NCBI RefSeq assembly: GCF_004010195.1
Contig: NC_057715.1
Span: forward strand, 18,775,950-18,839,949
Origin: Chiloscyllium plagiosum
Lineage: Eukaryota
Reading direction: 5' to 3'
Length of the DNA: 64,000 nt
Of this stretch, positions 50,645 to 60,435 are shown one piece after another; position 1 is the stretch's first letter, and every line of letters begins with the position of its first letter. The notes beneath the pieces are model-generated. The model had not been told where the DNA came from and did no database searches. It worked only from the letters and a program-made list of their open reading frames with translations. The translations under genes and the position numbers were made by a program.

Positions 50645-51549
50645 ATGTTTCAGTAAGATCAGGGAAGGTGGTAAAAGAGGGGGAAGTGTGGCATTATTAG
50701 TCATGGACAGTATTACAGTGGCAAAAAGGACATTTGAGGACTCATCTATTGAGATAGTATGAGCTAAGGTTAGAAACAGGAAAAGAAAAGGTCACCCTGT
50801 TGGGAATTTTCTCTAGGCCTCTGAATAGTTCCAGAGTTATAGAGGAAAGGATTGCAAAGATGATTCTGGATAGGAGCGAAAGTAACAAGGTTATGGGGTC
50901 TGAAACTTTCCAAATATTGACTGGAAGCGCTATAGTTCGAGTACTTTAGATGAGTCAGTTTTTGTCTAATGTGTGCAGGAGGGATTCCTGACACAGTATA
51001 TAGATAGGCCAACAAGGGGCGAGACCATATTGGATTTGGTACTGGGTATTGAACCAGGCCAGGTGTTAGATTTGGAGGTAGATGAGCACTTTGATGATAG
51101 TAACCACATTTCGGTTATGTTTACTTTAGCGATGGAAAGGGATAGGTATATAGCGCAAGAGTTATAGTTGGGGGAAAGGCAGTTATGATGTGATTGGGCA
51201 AGATTTAAGATGCATAGGATGGGGAAGGAAACTGCAGAGGGTGGGCACAATCGAAGTGTGGAGCTTGTTCAAGGAACAGCTACTGCATGTTCTTGATGTG
51301 TATATACCTGTCAGGCAGGGAGGAAGTGGTCAAATGAGGGAACTGTGGTTTACTAAATAAGTTGAATCTCTTTTCAAGAGGAAGAAGGATGCTTATGTAA
51401 AGATAAGAAGTGAAGGCTCATTAGGGCACTTGAGAATTACACGTTAACCAGGAAGGACCTAAAGAGAGAGCTAAGAAGAGCCAGGAGGGGACATGAGAAG
51501 TCTTTGGCAGGTAGGATAAAAAAAAACAAAAGCTTTCGATAGGTTTAGG

Positions 51550-51817
51550 ATTCCTGATGAAGGACTTATGCCTGAAACATTGATTCTCCTGCTCCTTGAT
51601 GCTGCCTGACAAAAACAGCCTCAAGACCCTCAGCCTTTCCTCATAAGACGTTCCCTCCATACCAGGTAATGTTCTGGTAAATCTCCTCTGCACCCTTTCC
51701 AATGCTTCCACAACCTTTCTATAATGTGATGACCAGAACTGTACGCAATACCAAGTGCTTTTCTAGCACTACACTCTCGACCCTGATCTCCAGCATCTGC
51801 AGTACTCATTTTCTCCT
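51550..51817 (+). mobile_element. Family A hammerhead-headed short element carrying an inverted CR1 patch (51611-51754)
   Basis: ATTCCTGATGAAGGACTTATGCCTGAAACATTGATT...CCTGAC[patch]GTGCTTTTCTAGCA...TTCTCCT. Confidence 0.85.
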
Positions 51818-53546
51818 AAGATTAGACCAGTCAAGGACACTATTGGGAAGTTGTGCGTGGAATCGAAAGAGATAGGAGAGGCATTAAATGAATATTTTTT
51901 CTCAGTATTTACACAGGAAAAAGACAATGTTGTCAAGGAGAATAATGAGATACAGGCTATTAGACTAGACGGGATTGCGGTTCACAAGGAGAACATGTTA
52001 GCAATTCTGGAAAGTGTGAAAATAGATAAGTCCCTTGGCCTGGATGGGATTTATCGTAAGATTTTCTGGGAAGCTAGGGAGGAGATTGCAGAGCATTTGG
52101 CTTTGATACTTATGGCATCATTGTCTACAGGAATAGTTCCAGAAGACTGGAGGATAGCAAATGTTGTCCCCTTTTTCAAGAAAGGGAGTAGAGAAAACCC
52201 TGGTAATTATAGACCAGTGAGCTTTACTTCTGTTGTGGGCAAAGTTTTGGAAACGATTCTAAGAGACAGGATTTATAATAATCTAGAAAGGAATCATTTG
52301 ATTAGGGATAGTCAACATGGTTTTGTGAAGAGTAGATCGTGCCTCACAAACCTTTTTGCATTTTTTGTAAACGTGACCAAACAGGTGGATGAGGGTGAAG
52401 CAGTGATTTGGTGTATATGGATTTCAGTAAGGTGTTTGATAAGGTTCCCCATGGTAGGCTATTGCAGAAAATACGGAGGCACGGGATTGAGAGTGATTTA
52501 GCAGTTTGGATCAGAAATGGGTGAGCTATAAGAAGACAGAGGATGGTGGATGATGGGAAATGTTCATCCTGGCTAGAGGTAACTGAACTGCAAGGATTTT
52601 TTGGGGGGCCACTACTGTTTGTCATTTTTATAAATGACTTGGATGAATGGCTAGAAGGATGGTTTAGTAAATTTGAGATGACACTAAAGTTGGTGGAGTT
52701 ATGGACAATGTGGAAGGATGTTGCAGGTTACAGAGGGACATAGATAAGCTGCAGACCTGGGCCAAGCGGTGGCAAATGGAGTTTAATGTGGATAAGTGTG
52801 AGGTGATTCACTTTAGAAGGAATAACAGTACTGGGCTAATGGTAAGATTGGTAGTGTGGATGAGCAGAGAGATCTCAGTGTCCATGTGCATAGATCCCTG
52901 AAAGTTTCAACTTAGGTTGATAGTGTTGTTAAGAAGATGTACGGTGTGTTCACTTTTATTGGTAGAGGGATTGAGTTTCGGATCCATGAGGTTATGTTGC
53001 AGCTGTACAAAACTCTGGTGTGGCCGCACTTGGTATTGCATACAGTTCTGGTCGTCACATTATAGGAAGGTTGTGGAAGCATTGGAAAGGGTGCAGAGGA
53101 GATTTACCAGAACATTTCCTGGTATGGGTCTTATGAGGAAAGGCTGAGGGTCTTGAGGCTGTTTTTGTTAGATAGAAGTAGGTTAAGAGGTGACTTAATA
53201 GAGGCATACAAAATGATCAGAGGTTTAGATAGGGTGGACCGTGAGAGCCTTTTTCCTCAGATGGTGATGGCTAGCAGAAGGGGCCATAGCTTTAAATTGA
53301 GGGGTGATAGGTAGAGGACAGATGTCAGAGGTAGGTTCTTTACTCAGAGAGTGTTAAGGGTGTGGAATGCTCTGCCTGCAACAGTATTGGACTTGCCAAC
53401 ATTAAGGGCATTTAAATGGTCATTGGATAAACATATGTATGATAATGGAATAGTGTAAATTAGATGGGCTTTAGATTGGTTTTACAGGTTGCTGCAACAT
53501 CAAGGGCTGAAGGGCATGTACTGCGCTGTAATGGTCTATGTTCTAT

Positions 53547-56219
53547 TGTCGGGTAAATGCCAGCATTGAGGCAGGGGAATAGCTTGGCTAGGGGAGCAGC
53601 AAGATGTGGAGCACAAGTCTTCAATGCTATTACCGGAATGTTATCAGGGCCCATAGCCTTTTCAGTATACAGTATCTCCAACTGTTTCTTGATATCAAGT
53701 GAAGTGAATTGAATATACTGAAGACTGGTATCTGTAATTCTGGGGACAACTGGAGGTAGCTGAGATGGATCATCCACTTGACACTTTTGGCTGATGATTG
53801 TTGCAAATGCTTCAGCCTTATCATTTGAGCTGCTGCACTGGGATCTTCCATCATTGAGGATGGAGATATTTGTGGAGCGTCCTCCTCAAGTGAGTTGTTC
53901 AATTGTCCACCACCATTCTCGACTGGATGGGGCAGGACTGCAGAGCTTAGATCTGATCCGTTGGTTGTGGGTTCGCTAAGCTCTGTCCATCACTTGCTCC
54001 TTGTGCTGTTTGGCATGCAATTAGTTTTGTTTGTTTGATACCTCATTTTTTGGTATGCCTGGTGCTGCTCCTGCCATGCTGTCCTGCACTCTCCATTGAA
54101 CCATGGTCGATCCCCTGGCTTCAATGGGGGATATGCCAGACCATGAGGTTACATATGGCGCTGGAGTATAATTCGGCTGCTGTTGATGACCCACAGTGCC
54201 TCATGGTTGCTCGATCGGTTCGAAGTCTGTCCCATTTAGCATGGTGCTAGTGCCACACAACATGATGGAAGATATTCTCAATGTGAAGAGGGGACTTCAT
54301 CTCCAAAAGGACTGCGTGGTGGTCACTCTTACCGATACTGTCACGGACAGATGCAAGTGCAGCTTGCAGATTGGCAAGGATAAAGTCAAATATTTTCTTC
54401 ACGCTTGTTAGTTCCCTCACCACCTGCTGTGGACCCAGTCCAGCAGTTATGTCCTTTAAGACCCAACCAGCTAGGTCAGTAGTGTTTCTGCCAAGCCACT
54501 CTTGGTGGTGGGCATTGAAATCCCCCAACCAGAGTACATTAGTGCCCTTGCCATCCTCAGTGCTTCCTCCAAGTGTTGTTCAACATGAAGGAGTATCGAT
54601 TCATCAGCCGAGGGAGGATGGTATGTGGTAATCAGGAGATTTCCTTGCTCATGTTCAACCTAAAGCCATGAGACATCATAGGGTCTGAGTCAATGTTGAA
54701 GCCTTCCAGGGCTAAATAGTCTGAAGCCTCCACCTTTGCTGGGTCTGTCTTTCTGGTAGGACAGGGATGGTGTCTGGGACATTGTCTCTGAGGTGTGATT
54801 TTATGAGTATGACTATGTCAGACTGTTTTTTGACTAGTCTGTGAGACAGCCCTTCGAATTTTGGCACTAACCCTCAGATGTCTATGAGGAAGATTTTGCA
54901 GAATCGACAGATTTCTGCCGTTCTCCTTTCTGGTGCTTTGGACAGTGATCTGTCCGGTTTCATTTCTTTGAAGAAATTAATATAAATGAGTGGCTTGCTG
55001 AACCATTTCACAAGGCAGATGAGAGTCAACTATATTGCTGTGTGTCTGGAGTCACATGTAGGCCAGAGCAGTGGAGAATGGCAGATTTCCTTCCCTGAAG
55101 GACATTAATGAACAGATGGGCTTTTCTGACATTTAACAATGTTTTCATGGTCATCAGTAGATTCTTAATTCCAGATTTTTAAAAATTGAATTAAAATTCC
55201 ACCATCTACCGTAGTGGGTTTTGAACTGTGGTCCCCAGAACATTAGCTGAATTTCTGGATTAACAGTTGAACAATATATGACACAGAGATTGGTGGAGTA
55301 GCAGAAAGCATAAGGGACTGTCAAAGAATACAGGAGGATATAGATAGACTGGAGAGTTAGGCGGAAAAGTGGCAGATGGATTTCAATCCAGACAAATGTG
55401 AGGTGATGCATTTAGGCAAGACTAATTCTAGAGCAAATTATACAATGAATGGAAGAGCCTTGGGAAAAGTTGATGGGCAGAGAGATCTGGGAGTGCAGGT
55501 CCATTGTACCCTGAAGGTTGCTGCACAAGTGGATAGAGTGGTCAAGAAGGCATATAGTATGCTTGCCTTTATTGGACGGGGTATTAAGTATTAGAGCTGG
55601 CAAGTCATGTTAAAATTGTACAAGACATTGGTTTGGCTGCATTTAGAATACTGTGTACAGTTCTGGTCGCCACATTACCAAAACGATGTGGATGCTTTGG
55701 AGAGGGTGCAGAGAAGGTTTACGAGGATGTTGCCTGGTATGGAAGGTGCTGGCTATGAAGAGAGGTTGAGTAGGTTTGGTTTGTTTTCATTAGAAAAACG
55801 GAGATTGAGGGGGGACTTGATTGAGGTTTACAAATCATGAAGGCTATAGACAGGGTGGATAGAGACAAGTTTTTTTTCCCAGCGTGAAGGATTCAATAAG
55901 GAGAGGTCATGCTTTCAAGGTGAGAGGTGGAAAGTTTAAGGGGGATACATGTGGCAAGCACTTCACATAGAGGGTGGTGGGTGTCTGGAATGCGTTGCCA
56001 GCAGAGGTGGTAGAGGCAGGCACGGTAGATTCATTTAAGATGCGTCTGGACAGATGCATGAGTAGGTGGGGAGCAGAGGGATACAGATTCTTAGGAATTG
56101 ACTGTCAGGTTTAGATAGTACATTTGGATTGGCTCAGGCTTGGAGGGCCGAAGGGCTTGTTCCTGGGCTGTAAATTTTCTTTGTTCTTTGTAATAATACC
56201 ACTATGCCATTGCCTCCCC
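53547..56219 (-). mobile_element. tRNA-headed CR1-group LINE 5' half, with the head split by a CR1 insertion
   Basis: GDFNAHHQEWLG, SDHHAVL and KAMGPDNIP..LAAPLAKLF motifs. B-box GTTCAAAACCC near 55216-55226 and A-box TGGCATAGTGG at 56199-56210. Confidence 0.9.
55277..56191 (+). mobile_element. 5'-truncated CR1 LINE, relatively young
   Basis: FNPDKCEVMHLG, LYKTLVWLHLEYCVQFWSPHY and TGTTCTT tail. Flanks AACAATA / AATAATA. Confidence 0.93.
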
Positions 56220-56836
56220 TTAAGTACAAATTTAAGATAAGTCAAGCATATAATGTGAGTCATTATGTTTGCTGGAAGCAACATACATTCATATGCAAGG
56301 GTGCATTCTCTACAAACAAGAGAAATATGCTCTGGTTTGGGAGGCTAGAACCAGGAGACACAGTCTCAGGATTCAGGGTAGATCATTTGGGGCTGAGATG
56401 AGAAAACAAATCTTCACTCAACAGGCACTGAACTTGTGGAATTCTCTGTCAACAAAGGCTGTGGAAGTCAAGTCACTGAATACATTCAAGAAACATAGAT
56501 ACATTTTTGGATTTTAAAGACATCAAGAAGTATGGGGAAAAGCATGACTATGACATTGAAACAGAGGATTAGCCATGATCCAATTGCATGGTGGAGCAAG
56601 CTTGAAGGGCTGAATGGTCTACAGCTGCTCCCGGTTTCTATGTTCTATGCTTAATCCTTGCACTTTCTTCAAATACTTGGGTATTTAGGAGTCTACAACT
56701 CCCCACTTCTCCATGGCAACACCTCAGCCAATCGAAATCTGCTTCCAATAAATCAGCACCCTTTTCTCCTACAGTATAAATTGTTGTGATAGGTTGAAAT
56801 AAGGCATTATTGTGTTTGTCTTGATGAGTACAAGAC

Positions 56837-58052
56837 GGCTTTCAGGAAAACTCCATACCGCCCTGTCACATTCGGTGCTGCAAGACGTGACAGAGTGTGG
56901 ACATGGATACCACCATTACACGTGGGGACACCTCCCACCTTGTACGTGGCCAGTACTGATGTGACTCAGCCAACGTTGTCTATCTTATGCGTTGCAGGCA
57001 AGGATGCCCGGAGGCATGGTACATTGGGGAAACCGAGCAAAGGCTACGGCAACGGATGAATGGGCACCGCACACCATTCAACAGACAGGAGTGTTTTCTC
57101 CCAGTTGGGGAACACTTCAGCGGCCCAGGACATTCATCCTCGGACCTTCGGGTGACCATCGTCCAAGGTGGACTTCAGGGAAGGCAGCAGCGAAAAGGGC
57201 CGAGCAGAGGCTGATAGCTAAGTTCCGTACCCATAGGGAGGGCCTCAACCGGGACCTTGGGTTCATGTCACACTACAGGTGACCACCATTGCACTACACA
57301 AACACAGACTCTCCTACAAACACACACACAGACACTCCCATACACACACATACACATAGACACACGTATACACAGACATGCACACAGACACTCACGCACA
57401 CCCCTACAGACACACACACTCACACATGCATCCTCTCACAGACTTAGACCACTCTACACTCACAAACACACACATATACACTCTCTCACACTCACAACCC
57501 CCTACCCCAGACACACACCCACACACAAAAACCCACACACTAAAACCCACATGCACACATATACATATACGTTTGTGGGGTGAGTTTGTACTTGCAGAGT
57601 TACATTGTACTTTGCTCATAAACTGCATGCATTCATGTAAGACTCTGTTAACTCACTTTTTAAATTAGAATCAGTTTAAATGTTATGGCACAGACAGAGA
57701 ACACAGGGGGCTAACACCTTCAACATATTATCTGCCTAACACAAATTGTTACAGTTAACCTGAGAATGTAACTTTTAAAAAAATGTCTTGTGATTTACAT
57801 ATGAAAAAAGTGAAACTATCATGGTCATTCTAACAGATGAAAGACTCAACAAACAATCAAGGTATTTTTCAATGTATAATTTCAGTTACATCACACTGTA
57901 AACTTTTGCTATAAATTCTGTGTCTTATAATTGTGTCCTCCACAACCATCTGATGAAGGAGCTAGTGTGTTTCCAAATAAACCTGTTGGACTATAACCTG
58001 GTGTTGTGTGATTTTTAACTTTGTACACCCCAGTCCAACACCATCTCCAAAT
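56837..58052 (+). mobile_element. PLE family C (Neptune-like): Cys linker, GIY-YIG, CA-rich UTR, pLTR
   Basis: NVVYLMRCRQGCPEAWYIGETEQRLRQRMNGHR...AEQRLIAKFRTHREGLNRDLGF. TSD CAAGAC at 56831-56836 and 58053-58058. Confidence 0.92.
57293..57570. repeat. Degenerate (CA)n tract inside the PLE 3' UTR
   Basis: Seen directly. Confidence 0.9.
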
Positions 58053-58261
58053 CAAGACAAAAGGCATTGGCACGATGTCTGTCTTCTCAGAAATATTCTA
58101 AACAGCAAGATCAAGAATAGGTGAGTTATACACAGTGTTTTGTCTAATATTTGTCTCTCCATCAACATTACAGAAACAGGTTGTCCAGCCGTTACCACAT
58201 TGCCGTAGTAGGAGCTTGCTGTTTGCAAGCTGGCTGCTGCATTACCAGATCGCAACAGTGA

Positions 58262-58610
58262 TTCAGAAAACTTGTTGGTCTTCTGAAGCAAGGAGCTGGC
58301 CTTGACTGAGTTTTGCAGACTGGCACTTTCCAAGGTTCAGGACTCTGTGCCAAGGTGCAGTGGAGAATGGCCACCATTTAAGTCTTTCTGTCAAAGTTAA
58401 ATGGGACTCCATTCAGTTACTCGACCCTCCTGGTGCCTCAAATGTATAGCCTTGTACAAGTAAGAAATGCCCTGGGGTTGTTTGTTGGATAGAGTCAAAC
58501 TCCGATATTTGTTTGTTCTTTTATATGCTATGCACAGACTGAACTGCTTCAGTACCATGTACGTATGTAAAGATATTTTATGAATAAAGTATATTTTTGA
58601 AATAAGAAAA
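58262..58610 (+). mobile_element. Tx1-like (L1 group) LINE 3' fragment
   Basis: NLLVF*SKELALTEFCRLALSKVQD C-terminal motif, then TTTATGAATAAAGTATATTTT and an A-rich end. Confidence 0.7.
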
Positions 58611-59869
58611 ATTACACTTCAAATATACATAATTGGCTGTAAAACCCTGGGACAACCTCAGGTTGAAAAGGTGCTGTATAAATGCAAGTCTTTCTTTCTT
58701 TGATCATCATTGTGAAAACTTGCAGATGAGGACTACTTCTGATACTCATGGCTCAATAGCCACCTCCATGACCCTTGGCACAGTTGCAGGACCTAACACA
58801 ACTCTGTACAACACATCTGGTTACATTGACAAGCAGTGATATTCTTGGTTTAAGATTTCTGCGATACTGATCTTGTAAGTTTAAAAAAAAAGCACAATTT
58901 GTTACATTCGTGTATCAGTCTGTTTCATTACTCCATGTTAATCAACCCACTATCACAGGAAGCAACTGATTGTAAACAACGGCATGTGTTGGATTAAAAA
59001 GGTCTTCTTTTTGTTCCAGCACATGGAGATATGGAAGATCACATTTCACACTTAAGTTCACACCTATTGACTTAATTATCTGCTTAACTGAGCAATGAGA
59101 GCAGGGAAGTACGCTGGTAGAACTTACACTCGGCATAACTTTGATTGCTCTGCAATTAATAATGCTCCAAATCTACTGCAGCCTATCCCTTGTCATTATA
59201 TTATGTGGATACATTGTTTATACAATAAAAGGTTTAATAATTTTTCTTAAAAAAAACCAAGTACCTTCTCTCAAAGTCATACATTGCAGCAGCGGGGGAT
59301 TTAATGTTTGGAAGTTGTTCATTGTGTTCTTCATTATGTAACTACCACATTGCTGCAAACCCATCCAATGGAGAAAATTAGTCCGAATGGGAAAATCTGA
59401 AGCTCACTGAAAGGCTGACACAATGGGGTGTAGCCCAGGATTTACTTCTTGTCCAGTTTTACTCCCTACTGGAATAATTGGAGAGTAATATTGGTGTGTA
59501 AATTCTGTGTTTTATCTGATCTTTTTGGTTGTCACACACAGTCAGGTTAAATTGCCTCCAATCAGAAACTGCTACGTTTTGCACTTATAAGCGTGTGGAA
59601 CACTGAGCTTCAAGGGTCCATTTTCACTTGTGTTGCTTGGTTTTAAAGGATTGCTAAGGGTCTAGAGTCTTATATATAATTTTTTATATATACATTATAG
59701 TTAATTAAATGGTACTGGTTTTGTGAAGACTTATAAACATTTTCCTGTATTTTCACAAATATAAGTAACAATACATCTCTAATTTCTATCTTATTGCGAT
59801 GTCACACCAATGAAGAGTTGAGTTATGTTTTACAAGCATCAGAGCCCTCTAATATTTTAGGCAGTAAGC

Positions 59870-60435
59870 CTTTATTTAGTATTTAGGGTACTGCACTGAG
59901 GTCTGGACATTTCTCCTTCAGAAGGATATGTTGACCTTGGAGGAGGTGCACTGTGGATTCATCAGAAAGATAGAGGAGCTGAAAACTGAACATTACAAAC
60001 TGGATTCACTTGATTATAAAAGATTAAGGAATGAGCTGATTGTAGCTTTTAAGATAATTGAAGGAGTTGATAGAGTAGATGGGAACAATTTCATTAGCTA
60101 TGGCGCTGCAGGTGAGTGGACAATTGGATGGTGGGTGGGGGGAATCCAGAACAAGAGGGTACAATCTTCAAATAACACTGACATTGTTCAGGGGTGATCA
60201 GGCAGGAAACATTTCTTCATACAAAGGGGAATGGAAGTACAGAACTCCCTTTCCCACCAAAATACCATTAACTATGGGCTCAGTTAATGATTTATGAACT
60301 AAGTTTAATGTATTTTGTGAGGAAAGGGGTATTTAATCAAGAGAGGGAGATGGAATTAAGATACAGCTCAGCCATGATCTGACTGAATGGCAGAATAAGC
60401 TTCAGAAACTAAATAGCTTTCTCCTGCCCCTATGC
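59870..60435 (+). mobile_element. Degraded CR1 3' fragment
   Basis: LTLEEVHCGF and RLRNELIVAFKIIEGVDRVD. Confidence 0.75.

Larger units (their letters stand above)
48926..53546 (+). mobile_element. Near-full-length pseudogenised CR1 LINE: ORF1 SGNH-esterase, ORF2 APE endonuclease-RT, 3' UTR
   Basis: ALVIGDSLVRG (about 49203), LKCVYFNARSIRN (49820), QEGFLTQYIDRPTRGETILDLVL, DWRIANVVPFFKKGSRENPGNYRPVS, QHGF..RSCLTNL and ATGTTCT tail. Confidence 0.95.
56222..58097 (+). mobile_element. PLE family D 3' end (GIY-YIG C-terminus and pLTR) interrupted by CR1 (about 56330-56650) and by a family C PLE
   Basis: LEATYIHMQGCILYKQEKY. The pLTR matches 10655-10810, and GTC TTGATGA GTACAAGAC resumes after the insert as AAAAGGCATTGGC. 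Confidence 0.7.

Noticed and set aside
51851-52501. 216-aa ORF as a host gene
   Set aside because: It is a frameshifted piece of CR1 ORF2.
56888-56959. In-frame TGA codons in the PLE linker (CKT* at 56888, Y*C at 56957) as selenocysteine
   Set aside because: The copy is truncated and frameshifted, single substitutions explain both stops, and I identified no SECIS element.
57257-57668. His/Thr-rich ORFs
   Set aside because: They are translations of a degenerate CA tract.
58052-58333. 93-aa minus-strand ORF
   Set aside because: It overlaps Tx1 and PLE remnants on the opposite strand, and I recognise no domain.
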